From an uncultured Muribaculaceae bacterium (GTDB lineage: Bacteria > Bacillota_I > Bacilli_A > RF39 > UBA660): a stretch of 43,136 nucleotides of DNA. The stretch lies in NCBI GenBank assembly GCA_964369155.1, contig CAYJEI010000002.1, positions 1 through 43,136 on the forward strand. The letters run 5' to 3'. Position numbers and translations under genes: made by a program. Shown here piece by piece: positions 27,699 to 36,837 of this stretch (position 1 is its first letter; each line of letters starts with the position of its first letter). The notes beneath the pieces are model-generated. The model made no database searches and had not been told where the DNA came from. It saw only the letters and a program-made list of their open reading frames with translations.

Positions 27699-28430
27699 AT
27701 GGGAGTTATTATTGCAATTGATGGTCCAGCAGGATCAGGAAAAGGAACTATAGCTAAGAATATAGCAAAAGAAAGAGGATTTTTATATGTTGATACAGGA
27801 GCACTATATAGATTAGTAGCGCTTAAATGTATAAAAGAAGATATTAATTATGAAGATTACGAAAGTATAAAAAAAATACTTAGTAATATAAAAACTACAG
27901 CAAAATCAGATCACGGAGTATTTAGAGTTTTTATGGACGGTGTAGAAGTTACTAAAGATATTAGAACTCCTGAGGTTGATAGTTATGTACCTCATATTGC
28001 AAAACTAGTTTTTGTTAGGGAAGAGGTATTAGCAATTCAAAATGGATTTGTTGAAAATCACAATATTGTAATTGAAGGAAGAGATATTTGTACGTGTGTA
28101 TTTCCAAATGCTGAAGTAAAAATGTTTCTAGATGCATCAATAGAATCAAGGGCAAAAAGAAGATATAATCAAAATATTGAACTTGGTATTGAGTCAAATT
28201 ATGATGAAATAAAAGAAAATTTAGAAGCTAGGAATAAAATGGATATCGAAAGAACGGTAGCGCCGCTTAAATGTGCTGCTGATGCATATTATATAGATTC
28301 TAGTGAATTATCTATTGAAGAGGTTATGAATAAAGTAAACAAGGAAATAGATAGCAAAATAGGGCATTTGTTTTATGGTGAAGGAAAAGTTAGTGAAACT
28401 TTAAATTATGATGCTCCAGTAGGGAGTTAG
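27699..28430 (+). CDS. cmk: Cytidylate kinase
   Basis: IAIDGPAGSGKGTIAK...YVDTGALYR are Cmk motifs. GGAGG RBS. Confidence 0.93.
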   Translation: MGVIIAIDGPAGSGKGTIAKNIAKERGFLYVDTGALYRLVALKCIKEDINYEDYESIKKILSNIKTTAKSDHGVFRVFMDGVEVTKDIRTPEVDSYVPHIAKLVFVREEVLAIQNGFVENHNIVIEGRDICTCVFPNAEVKMFLDASIESRAKRRYNQNIELGIESNYDEIKENLEARNKMDIERTVAPLKCAADAYYIDSSELSIEEVMNKVNKEIDSKIGHLFYGEGKVSETLNYDAPVGS

Positions 28431-28832
28431 GTGAAAATGGAATTAGTAAACATAGCATTAAATAGTTTGGCACTACTTAGTGATAAACTTAAAAATGCAA
28501 ACTTAGAAGCTAGTAATGCTTTTTTGGCAGGTGTATTAACAACAAAATTTGCGAATTACTATATGAATTTAGCAAAAGATATTAGTGAAAAAGGATCAAA
28601 TTATTCACTTCTTATACCAGCTGAAGAGTTATTTCCTTTATATATTGATGATTATATTAAGGAATTAGAAAATGAACTAAGTGAAGATCAGGAAGCATAT
28701 GAAAAATCAAATATTGGTATTCAAAAAAATGAATTAGAAGAAGATATAATATCACTTAGAAGTAAAATTGAAAAGTATATTATAACAAAAGAAAAAATAT
28801 CAGAAGCTTTAGCAAATGAAAGAACTAATTAA
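28431..28832 (+). CDS. Unknown helical 133-aa protein
   Basis: ORF abuts the cmk stop (GTG at 28431, alternative ATG at 28437). The 3' end overlaps the recombinase gene by 17 nt. Confidence 0.65.
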   Translation: MKMELVNIALNSLALLSDKLKNANLEASNAFLAGVLTTKFANYYMNLAKDISEKGSNYSLLIPAEELFPLYIDDYIKELENELSEDQEAYEKSNIGIQKNELEEDIISLRSKIEKYIITKEKISEALANERTN

Positions 28833-29703
28833 AGATTATCTCTTATATTTAGCAAAAGAATTAAATTATTCTAACGAAACTATTAAATCATACAAAAGCG
28901 ATTTAATTCAGTATGACAAATATAACAAAGATAAAAAAATAAATTTTTTAAAAATAACTAAAGAAGAAGTTAGAAATTATTTAAAATATTTAGATAATTT
29001 AAAACTTAGCAATAAAAGTATCGCTAGAAAAGTTACATCTCTTAGAATGTTTTATAATTTTTTAGTGGAAATAAAAGAAATAGATGATAATATTTTTAAT
29101 ACAGTTAGTAATCCCAAAATAGGCAAAAAATTACCTAATTATTTAAATTATGAAGAAATAGAGAATTTATTAAATAAATTAGATGTTACAACAGTATACG
29201 GATATAGAAATAGGCTCATATTAGAACTAGTATATTCTACTGGTATTAGGTTAAGTGAACTTTCTAAAATAAAAGTTAATGATATCAATTTATCTGATAA
29301 AACTCTTAAAGTAATGGGTAAAGGTTCAAAAGAAAGAATAGTATATTTTGGTAGGATAACTTTTAACTATTTGGAAAAATATTTATCTAATCAAAGAAAA
29401 ATTTTGCTTAATAATAAACCAAATGATTACTTGTTTATTAATAAATTCGGAAATCGATTAAGTAAATCAGGCTTTGAAAAGATTATTAAATCATGCGCTA
29501 AAGAAGTATCTTTAAAACATAATATAAGTATGCATACATTAAGACACACGTTTGCTACTCATCTTCTTAATAATGGAGCAGATATAAAAACTGTTCAAGA
29601 ACTATTGGGCCATGAGAGTTTAGCAACAACTGAAATATATACTCATGTTACAAGTGAAAGAATTAAAGAAGTATATTTAAAAACACATCCAAGAGAAAAA
29701 TAA
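28816..29703 (+). CDS. Tyrosine site-specific recombinase, XerC/XerD-like
   Basis: 295 aa. Core-binding N-terminus, then RLSEL, HTLRHTFATHLL and LGHESLATTEIYTHV (R-H-R-Y catalytic set). Confidence 0.9.
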   Translation: MKELIKDYLLYLAKELNYSNETIKSYKSDLIQYDKYNKDKKINFLKITKEEVRNYLKYLDNLKLSNKSIARKVTSLRMFYNFLVEIKEIDDNIFNTVSNPKIGKKLPNYLNYEEIENLLNKLDVTTVYGYRNRLILELVYSTGIRLSELSKIKVNDINLSDKTLKVMGKGSKERIVYFGRITFNYLEKYLSNQRKILLNNKPNDYLFINKFGNRLSKSGFEKIIKSCAKEVSLKHNISMHTLRHTFATHLLNNGADIKTVQELLGHESLATTEIYTHVTSERIKEVYLKTHPREK

Positions 29704-29736
29704 TATAATATTAATTTAAAATATTATATTTTTTTT
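29703..29736 (+). terminator. AT-only hairpin plus T-run after the recombinase gene
   Basis: ATATAATATT-aatttaa-AATATTATAT followed by TTTTTTT. Confidence 0.45.
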
Positions 29737-29744
29737 GATATAAT
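29736..29744 (+). promoter_or_regulatory. Extended -10 element TGaTATAAT
   Basis: Read directly, about 25 nt upstream of the 29769 start. Confidence 0.45.
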
Positions 29745-29768
29745 ATAAAAACAAGAAAGAAGGTTAAT

Positions 29769-31034
29769 ATGAGTGAAATAAAATGTCCAAGTTGTGGAGA
29801 AAAATTTAAGATAGATGAAAGTTTATATCAAGATATTGTTAGTCAAATAAAAAACAGTGAATTTGAAAAAGAAATGAAGATAAAACTTGAGAGTGAATTA
29901 AATATTGCTAAAATAAAATATGAACATGAATTAAGTGAAGTTAAGAATAAAAATAAAACAGAAGTAGAAAAGTTAAAATCTGAACTAAACATTCTAGAAA
30001 TAAAAAGCGAGAGTGAACTCGAAAAAAAACTAAATAACTCAAAACTAGAAATAGAAAAGTTAAAATCATTAATAGAAAAAAAAGAAACAGAAAAAGATTT
30101 ATTAGCAAGGGAAAGTGAATATAAACAAAAAGAAAGTTTAGCTGTAAAAGAAAATGAAATTAATAAATTAAAAAGCAGCATTGATTCTGCAAAACTAGAT
30201 AGTGAGCTTAGATTAAAATCATTAAAAGAAACATATGATAGTAAGTTAAAAGAAAAAGAAGAAACTATTAATTTTTATAAAGATTTAAAAACTAAAATGA
30301 GTACGAAAATGTTAGGAGAAACATTGGAACAACACTGTGAAATTGAATTTAATAAACTAAGAGCTACAGGGTTTCAAAGTTCTTATTTTGAAAAAGATAA
30401 TGATGCAAAGACAGGTAGTAAAGGTGATTTTATTTTTAGAGATTATTCTTCAGATGGAACAGAATATGTATCAATCATGTTTGAAATGAAAAACGAAATG
30501 GATACAACAAGTACGAAAAAGAAAAACGAAGATTTCTTAAAAGAACTGGATAAAGATAGAAATGAAAAAAATTGTGAATATGCAGTTTTGGTATCATTAC
30601 TAGAATCTGATAATGAATACTATAATACTGGTATTGTGGACTGCTCACATAAATATCCAAAAATGTACGTTATAAGACCTCAATTTTTTATACCTTTAAT
30701 AACCTTGATAAGAAATACATCTATAAATTCCCTAAAATATAAAACACAGCTTTCAGAACTTAAAAATCAAAATATAGATATATCAAATTTTGAACAAGAT
30801 ATGAATGATTTTAAGGAAAAGTTTGGAAAAAATTACAGACTTGCAAGTGATAAGTTTTTTACAGCAATTAAAGAAATAGATGAGACAATTAAACATTTAG
30901 AAAAAACTAAAGCTGCACTTTTATCTAGTGAAAATAATCTAAGACTAGCTAATGATAAAGCAGAAAGTTTAAGTTTAAAAAAATTAATAAAAAATAATCC
31001 AACTATGACAGCGAAATTTAACGAACTCCCATAA
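29769..31034 (+). CDS. DUF2130-type protein (N-terminal CxxC zinc-ribbon, long coiled coil, RmuC-like/nuclease-like C-terminal region)
   Basis: [20 protein letters not shown] start plus a K/E-rich coiled coil, then [10 protein letters not shown]...MFEMKNE. The family assignment is from memory. Confidence 0.7.
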   Translation: MSEIKCPSCGEKFKIDESLYQDIVSQIKNSEFEKEMKIKLESELNIAKIKYEHELSEVKNKNKTEVEKLKSELNILEIKSESELEKKLNNSKLEIEKLKSLIEKKETEKDLLARESEYKQKESLAVKENEINKLKSSIDSAKLDSELRLKSLKETYDSKLKEKEETINFYKDLKTKMSTKMLGETLEQHCEIEFNKLRATGFQSSYFEKDNDAKTGSKGDFIFRDYSSDGTEYVSIMFEMKNEMDTTSTKKKNEDFLKELDKDRNEKNCEYAVLVSLLESDNEYYNTGIVDCSHKYPKMYVIRPQFFIPLITLIRNTSINSLKYKTQLSELKNQNIDISNFEQDMNDFKEKFGKNYRLASDKFFTAIKEIDETIKHLEKTKAALLSSENNLRLANDKAESLSLKKLIKNNPTMTAKFNELP

Positions 31035-31049
31035 TATTACTATTTTTTT

Positions 31050-31075
31050 ACAAATTTTTAAAAATTTGTTTTTTT
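31050..31075 (+). terminator. Rho-independent terminator
   Basis: ACAAATTT-ttaa-AAATTTGT followed by TTTTTT. Confidence 0.65.
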
Positions 31076-31127
31076 ATTTGTAATATTTTATTTTTACATG
31101 TTATACTTAAATTAGGAGGTAATATTG

Positions 31128-33752
31128 ATGTCAAAATACGTTTATGCTTTTAAAGAAGGAAATAAAGATATGAAAAATATCTTAGGAGGTAAAGGGGCTA
31201 ATCTTGCCGAGATGACAAGTATTGGTTTGCCAGTACCACAAGGGTTTACAGTTACTACTGAAGCTTGTAATAAATATTATGCTGATGGAGAAAGTTTGAG
31301 TGATGAGGTTATCACACAAATAACTGAAAAATTAAGTGAATTAGAAAAAATAACTGAGAAAAAATTTGGTGATAAAGAAAAACCACTTTTAGTATCTGTT
31401 AGAAGTGGAGCTAGAGCAAGTATGCCTGGGATGATGGATACCGTTCTAAATCTGGGTTTGAATGATGAAGTAGCAGAAGGTTTTAGTAAAATTACAGAAA
31501 ATGAAAGGTTTGTATACGATTCTTATAGAAGATTTATTCAAATGTTTGCGGATGTTGTAATGGGTTTTCCTAAATCATCATTTGAAAGATTATTTGATAA
31601 AATAAAAGATGAAAAAAATGTAACATGCGATACAGATCTTACTGCTGAAGATTTGAAAGAAGTAGTTAATATTTATAAAGGAGAGTATAAAAAACACGCA
31701 AAAAAAGACTTTCCAGAAAATCCAAGAGAACAACTTATTGAGGCTATTAAAGCTGTATTTAAATCTTGGAATAATGATAGAGCGATTACTTATAGAAAAT
31801 TAAATGACATTCCAAGTGAGTGGGGCACAGCAGTTAATGTTCAGGAAATGGTATATGGTAATACTGGTGACACATCTGGTACTGGAGTTGCATTTACAAG
31901 GAACCCAGCAACTGGTGAAGCTAAGTTATATGGAGAATATTTAATAAATGCACAAGGTGAAGATGTTGTTGCAGGTATTAGAACACCACTAGATATATCC
32001 ACTCTTAAAAAAACTATGCCAGAATGTTTTGATGAATTTGTTAAAATATGCGATACATTAGAAAATCACTACAAAGATATGCAAGACATGGAGTTTACGA
32101 TTGAAAACGGTAAACTATTTATGTTACAAACGAGAAATGGTAAAAGAACAGCAGAAGCAGCACTAAGAATTGCTGTAGAGTTAGTTGAGGAAGGTAAAAT
32201 AAACGAAGAAGAAGCAATCATGAAAGTTGAGCCAAGACTTTTAGATCAATTACTTCACCCGAATTTTGATCCAGAATCACTAGCAAATGGAAAGGTGATA
32301 ACAACTGGTCTTGCAGCATCTCCAGGAGCAGCAACTGGTAAAATATATTTCACTGCAGAAGATGTGAAAAGTGCATCAGAAAATGGGGTAGAAAACATAA
32401 TATTAGTTAGACTTGAAACTTCACCTGAAGATATTGAAGGAATGATTATCGCAGAAGGTATACTAACTGGTAGAGGTGGTATGACTAGTCACGCTGCAGT
32501 AGTAGCTAGAGGAATGGGAACTTGCTGTGTTTCAGGTTGTTCAGAACTGAAAATAGATGAAGAATCTAAAACAGTAAAAACTAAAGATGGAAAAGTTTAT
32601 ACTGAAGGTGATCATATTTCACTTGATGGATCAACTGGAAAAGTATATGATGGTGAAATTAAAACTATAGCTCCAAGTATATCAGGAAATTTCGAGAAAT
32701 TCATGAGCTGGGTTGATAAAGTAAGAGTCTTAAAAGTTAGGGCAAATGCTGATAATGAAACAGACGCAACAACTGCAAGAAAATTCGGAGCAGAAGGAAT
32801 CGGTTTATGTAGAACAGAACACATGTTTTTTGAGGCCGAAAGAATTTTTGAATTTAGAAAGATGATAACAGCAGATACTTTAGAAAAAAGAGAAGAAGCA
32901 CTAGCTAAAATCTTACCGTATCAACAAGAAGATTTTGAAAAACTGTTTACAATAATGGATGGATATGGAGTAACAATTAGATATTTAGATCCACCATTAC
33001 ATGAATTTTTACCACATGAAGAAGAAGATATAAAAGAGCTTGCAAAAGCATTGGATATGAACTTTGAAGATTTAGCACACAGAGTTGAATCGTTAAAAGA
33101 GTTTAATCCTATGATGGGTCATCGTGGTTGTAGGCTAGGTGTTACATACCCAGAAATTGTAAAAATGCAGACTAAAGCAGTTATAATGGCAGCAATTAAT
33201 GTAGGTAAAACTGGTAAAACAGTAGTTCCCGAAATAATGATTCCATTAATTGGTGATATCAATGAGCTTAAATTTATAAAAAATATAATTATTGAAACAA
33301 TTGAAGAAATTTTTGCGAAAGAAAAAACAAAAGTTGATTATCAAATAGGAACAATGATTGAAATACCTAGAGCAGCGCTTACTGCAGATGAAATAGCGAC
33401 TGAAGCAGAATTTTTCTCTTTTGGAACAAATGATTTAACACAAATGACTTACGGATTCTCAAGAGATGATGCTGGTAAATTTTTAAATGATTACTACGAC
33501 AAAAAAATATTTGAAAATGATCCATTTGCAAAAATAGATCAAACTGGTGTAGGAAAACTTATGGAATTTGCAATAACAAAAGGAAAAGAATCAAGAGAAA
33601 ATATAAAACTTGGAATATGCGGAGAACATGGTGGAGAGCCTACAAGTGTTGAATTCTGTCATAAACTTGGATTAAATTATGTATCTTGCTCACCGTTTAG
33701 AATTCCGATAGCTAGACTAGCAGCAGCACAAGCTGTACTTAATAATAAATAA
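31128..33752 (+). CDS. ppdK: Pyruvate, phosphate dikinase
   Basis: About 874 aa. GGKGANLAEM, GGMTSHAAVVARGMG (phospho-His loop) and FFSFGTNDLTQ. The ATG at 31128 is 8 nt after AGGAGG (the track starts at TTG 31125). Confidence 0.97.
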   Translation: MSKYVYAFKEGNKDMKNILGGKGANLAEMTSIGLPVPQGFTVTTEACNKYYADGESLSDEVITQITEKLSELEKITEKKFGDKEKPLLVSVRSGARASMPGMMDTVLNLGLNDEVAEGFSKITENERFVYDSYRRFIQMFADVVMGFPKSSFERLFDKIKDEKNVTCDTDLTAEDLKEVVNIYKGEYKKHAKKDFPENPREQLIEAIKAVFKSWNNDRAITYRKLNDIPSEWGTAVNVQEMVYGNTGDTSGTGVAFTRNPATGEAKLYGEYLINAQGEDVVAGIRTPLDISTLKKTMPECFDEFVKICDTLENHYKDMQDMEFTIENGKLFMLQTRNGKRTAEAALRIAVELVEEGKINEEEAIMKVEPRLLDQLLHPNFDPESLANGKVITTGLAASPGAATGKIYFTAEDVKSASENGVENIILVRLETSPEDIEGMIIAEGILTGRGGMTSHAAVVARGMGTCCVSGCSELKIDEESKTVKTKDGKVYTEGDHISLDGSTGKVYDGEIKTIAPSISGNFEKFMSWVDKVRVLKVRANADNETDATTARKFGAEGIGLCRTEHMFFEAERIFEFRKMITADTLEKREEALAKILPYQQEDFEKLFTIMDGYGVTIRYLDPPLHEFLPHEEEDIKELAKALDMNFEDLAHRVESLKEFNPMMGHRGCRLGVTYPEIVKMQTKAVIMAAINVGKTGKTVVPEIMIPLIGDINELKFIKNIIIETIEEIFAKEKTKVDYQIGTMIEIPRAALTADEIATEAEFFSFGTNDLTQMTYGFSRDDAGKFLNDYYDKKIFENDPFAKIDQTGVGKLMEFAITKGKESRENIKLGICGEHGGEPTSVEFCHKLGLNYVSCSPFRIPIARLAAAQAVLNNK

Positions 33753-33789
33753 AATTATATTTATAAAAAACAACATACAATAAAAAAAT

Positions 33790-33831
33790 AGATTAAGATG
33801 GCACTACAGTAGTATATCTTAGTCTTTTTTT
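33790..33831 (+). terminator. Rho-independent terminator after ppdK
   Basis: AGATTAAGAT-16 nt loop-ATCTTAGTCT (one G.U pair) followed by TTTTTT. Confidence 0.6.
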
Positions 33832-33901
33832 ATTAAAAAAGCAAGATAAGCAATTGCATAGTTGGATAAAAAATATTTTATTAAAAGCATCATAATAAAT
33901 A

Positions 33902-33910
33902 TGTTATAAT
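33902..33910 (+). promoter_or_regulatory. Extended -10 element TGtTATAAT
   Basis: Read directly upstream of the Nudix gene. Confidence 0.45.
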
Positions 33911-33932
33911 TATTCACGTGAGGAGAAATCAG

Positions 33933-34337
33933 ATGAACGGAAATAGACTTATTGTACATACACTAATAGTGCAAGATGGAAAATATCTGGTGACAAAAAG
34001 ATCAGCACATGAATCTACTTATCCTAATTATTGGGATATACCAGGAGGTTTAGTAAATATTGGAGAAATGCCTAGAGAAGCTTTAATTAGGGAAACAAGG
34101 GAAGAAGTTAATTTAAATATTGTTCCTACCAAAGTAATTCATGAGGATAGTAATTATGATTCTACAAAAGATATGATATTTATTAGATTAGTTTATTTAT
34201 GTGAATTAACAAATACCTTAGATAACATTATCTTAGATGAAGAGGAGCATTCTGAATACAAATTAATAGAAAACATTAATGAATTAAGTGAAGAACTAGT
34301 ATCGCCATTTTTAAATGATGTTTTTGAAAATCTATAA
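33933..34337 (+). CDS. NUDIX hydrolase
   Basis: Nudix box GGLVNIGEMPREALIRETREEVNL. The ATG at 33933 follows GAGGAG (the track's GTG at 33918 contains the RBS). Confidence 0.85.
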   Translation: MNGNRLIVHTLIVQDGKYLVTKRSAHESTYPNYWDIPGGLVNIGEMPREALIRETREEVNLNIVPTKVIHEDSNYDSTKDMIFIRLVYLCELTNTLDNIILDEEEHSEYKLIENINELSEELVSPFLNDVFENL

Positions 34338-34342
34338 TTATT

Positions 34343-34377
34343 AAAAAAGTTAAAACAAATTAATAGTTTTAACTTTT
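34343..34377. terminator. Bidirectional terminator between convergent genes
   Basis: AAAGTTAAAAC-9 nt loop-GTTTTAACTTT, a perfect 11-bp stem flanked by A-run and T-run. Confidence 0.7.
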
Positions 34378-34380
34378 ATT

Positions 34381-34998
34381 TTACATTACTAATAAATCAC
34401 TTATGTCATCAATTTCAGCGTAATCACAATTAGTTATATTTCCAAATCCGTATTTAGCATATATAAATGGCAAATGATTATTTTTTGCAGAAAGCATATC
34501 ACCACTAGTATCACCTATATATATAGTATTTGTAGGATTTAAATTATTTCTTTCCATTAATATTTTAATATTATGCGTTTTATTTTTTTTAGTGTTTCCT
34601 TCACATTCAAAATCTATAAAAATAGATTCTAAATTAAAATATTTTATAAAAGCTTCAATGTAGCCCTTTTGACAATTACTGACAATATACAGATTATTAT
34701 ATTTTTTCAATTCAGCTAATGTTTCTAATGTGTTCTTATATAAAATACCACCAATTTTTTTGATATGTGTTAACTCATTATTCATACAGTCTTCTAAAAT
34801 TCTTTTCCCTTCGACCGAATTTCCAAAAACAATTTCGTTAATTTCATCAAAAGTTTTACCGAAACATTTTTCTAGAACGCATGCATCAATTAGTTCTTTA
34901 TTTTCCTTAGCAAGAACTTCATTCCAGGCGCTTAAAACTGAATTTGTTGAATCCCAAAGTGTTCCATCTAAGTCAAAAATAAGATTAAAATTTTTCAT
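34381..34998 (-). CDS. HAD-superfamily hydrolase (phosphoglycolate phosphatase-like)
   Basis: FDLDGTLWDS motif I, VSNC motif II, GDTSGD motif IV. AGGAG RBS. Confidence 0.85.
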   Translation of the reverse strand: MKNFNLIFDLDGTLWDSTNSVLSAWNEVLAKENKELIDACVLEKCFGKTFDEINEIVFGNSVEGKRILEDCMNNELTHIKKIGGILYKNTLETLAELKKYNNLYIVSNCQKGYIEAFIKYFNLESIFIDFECEGNTKKNKTHNIKILMERNNLNPTNTIYIGDTSGDMLSAKNNHLPFIYAKYGFGNITNCDYAEIDDISDLLVM

Positions 34999-35023
34999 AT
35001 TACACTCTCCTTATATATATTTA

Positions 35024-35032
35024 AGTATATCA
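35024..35032 (-). promoter_or_regulatory. Extended -10 element TGaTATACT (minus strand) for the HAD gene
   Basis: Reverse complement of agtatatca at 35024-35032. Confidence 0.4.
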
Positions 35033-35068
35033 AAAAAAATAAAATATGAATATATTTTCATAATAATA

Positions 35069-35077
35069 TGATATAAT
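35069..35077 (+). promoter_or_regulatory. Extended -10 element TGaTATAAT for the 35102 gene
   Basis: Read directly. Confidence 0.45.
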
Positions 35078-35101
35078 AATATTGAATTATATGGAGGAAT
35101 T

Positions 35102-35716
35102 ATGATAAATGTAGATTTTGCCCCTAACCAAGTTAATTTTTGGACAACTATTTATGAGAAAAAGATAATTGATACAACTAATATAGCTTTAGAACTAGAA
35201 AGAAAAAATATAGAGCTTACAAAAGTAAGACTTGATATTGCTAAAAATAAAGAAAATGCCGAAGAATATGTGATAGCATTAGAAAATGCTTATCTAAATT
35301 ATTATGAAGCTTACAGAAGTTATACAAATAGTAATAATGCAAACGCATGGTATTTAGTATTAATAGAGGTAATAAATAATGTGCCCAAATCTAATAATTT
35401 ATTTTTAAAAGCATTAGGAGATTTAGTAATCCAAGATTTAAAAAGTGAACAACAAGTTTTAAAACAAATGTTTATTGTATATAATAAAAATCATGAATAT
35501 GATAAAGAACATTTGAAAACTATTAGAAGAAGAATTGAAGATATTGAAGACAATCTAGAAAATATTTATAAAACTTTTAGAATGAATTTAAATGTAGAAG
35601 ATAATTTAAATTCAATTAATTTTCTTGAGTTGACCAAACTATCCGCAGTAGAACTTTTAAACAAAATTTATAACTTAGATTTATATATAAGTAAAGAAGA
35701 TATACAAAAAAAATAG
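35102..35716 (+). CDS. Unknown helical 204-aa protein
   Basis: GGAGG RBS. All-helical appearance with no recognisable motif. Confidence 0.7.
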   Translation: MINVDFAPNQVNFWTTIYEKKIIDTTNIALELERKNIELTKVRLDIAKNKENAEEYVIALENAYLNYYEAYRSYTNSNNANAWYLVLIEVINNVPKSNNLFLKALGDLVIQDLKSEQQVLKQMFIVYNKNHEYDKEHLKTIRRRIEDIEDNLENIYKTFRMNLNVEDNLNSINFLELTKLSAVELLNKIYNLDLYISKEDIQKK

Positions 35717-35720
35717 AAAA

Positions 35721-36338
35721 TTAATTTTCTCTATTTTCATTTTTTCGAATTATTTTAGCAGGATTTCCATATACTACAACATTATCTGGAATATTTTTAG
35801 TTACAACTGAGCCAGCTCCAACAATAACATTATTACCGATTTTTATTTTGGGCAAAATAATAGCTCCTGTTGCTATAAATGTTTTTTGTCCAATAATAGC
35901 TTCGCCACACAATGTAGCATTAGCGCCAATATGACTATAATCACCTATAATAACATCGTGACAAAGTACAGCTCCTACATTAATTATACAATGTGCACCT
36001 ATTTTTGTGTCTACATGAAGCACTGCTTGTGTTTCAACAAAAGTTCCAACTCCTATATTATTTGTATAAACATCAGAATTTGGCGAAATAATTGATGTAT
36101 AATTTAAAGTAGGATTATTCTTAATAAAAGAACTTCTATTAAAAATATCTCCAAAACCCAAAATACACTCTTCGTTTGAAATGTTTTGGTTAAAGTACTC
36201 AAATGTACCTAATCTGGGAAGTTTTGTTTTATTGAAATTTTCATCATCACATAATACACGTATAGTACTATTTTTATCTTTTAAACTTATTGCTGCTGCT
36301 ATAGTTTTAGCGTGCCCTCCAGCTCCAATTATTATCAT
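35721..36338 (-). CDS. Hexapeptide-repeat sugar O-acetyltransferase, NeuD/PglD-like
   Basis: N-terminal Rossmann-like IIGAGGHAK plus a C-terminal left-handed beta-helix (IGANATLCGEAIIGQKTFIATGAIILPKIKIGNNVIVGAGSVV). The ATG at 36338 is 7 nt after AGGAG (the track starts at 36353). Confidence 0.85.
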   Translation of the reverse strand: MIIIGAGGHAKTIAAAISLKDKNSTIRVLCDDENFNKTKLPRLGTFEYFNQNISNEECILGFGDIFNRSSFIKNNPTLNYTSIISPNSDVYTNNIGVGTFVETQAVLHVDTKIGAHCIINVGAVLCHDVIIGDYSHIGANATLCGEAIIGQKTFIATGAIILPKIKIGNNVIVGAGSVVTKNIPDNVVVYGNPAKIIRKNENREN

Positions 36339-36414
36339 TTTTATCTCCTGCATAAATTGTACTATAAATATATATTTAATTCAATAATAATTACTTTTTT
36401 ATTAAGGGATTATA

Positions 36415-36423
36415 TGATATAAT
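36415..36423 (+). promoter_or_regulatory. Extended -10 element TGaTATAAT upstream of nusB
   Basis: Read directly. Confidence 0.45.
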
Positions 36424-36444
36424 AATTTAGAGATGAGGTGCATC

Positions 36445-36837
36445 ATGACTAGAAGTGAATTAAGAGAAAAATGTATGATTATATTATATCAAGTGAATAT
36501 CTATAAAGAAAAAGATATTGTATTTGAAATAAATAATGTTATTAAAGACAATGTAGGTATTGAAAATGAATTTGTTAAAGAAATAGTATCAGGTGTTATG
36601 GAAAAAGAAACTGAACTAAATGAAGTAGCAAATAAATATATGTCAGACTGGACTATTGATCGTATTGATAAAACAGGAGCCGAAATAATGCGTATAGCTA
36701 TTTATGAACTTAAATATACAGATACCCCGGAAATTGTTGTTATCAATGAAGCAATAGAGCTTGCTAAGAAGTATAGTGATGAAGCTGTAAGAAAGATTAT
36801 TAATGCAGCACTTGATAAAATTATTAGAGAAGGTTAA
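36445..36837 (+). CDS. nusB: Transcription antitermination factor NusB
   Basis: MTRSELREKCMIILYQ...DRIDKTGAEIMRIAIYELKY...PEIVVINEAIELAKKY are NusB motifs. The ATG follows GAGGTG. Confidence 0.9.
   Translation: MTRSELREKCMIILYQVNIYKEKDIVFEINNVIKDNVGIENEFVKEIVSGVMEKETELNEVANKYMSDWTIDRIDKTGAEIMRIAIYELKYTDTPEIVVINEAIELAKKYSDEAVRKIINAALDKIIREG

Noticed and set aside
28816-29703. Tyrosine recombinase as the integrase of a mobile element or prophage
   Set aside because: Its size and motifs fit housekeeping XerC/D. No attachment-site repeats, phage genes or conjugation genes flank it, and the neighbours are cmk and ppdK.
29843-30181. 112-aa minus-strand ORF inside the DUF2130 gene
   Set aside because: It is the mirror image of the K/E-rich coiled coil (an F/S/L-rich product) and has no independent signals.
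34730-35071. 113-aa + strand ORF overlapping the HAD gene
   Set aside because: The minus-strand frame has the complete HAD motif set (DLDGT..., GDTSGD) and an AGGAG RBS. The + frame has neither.
35886-36387. + strand ORFs 35886-36095 and 36181-36387
   Set aside because: They are antisense to the hexapeptide-repeat acetyltransferase, whose repeats are unmistakable on the minus strand.
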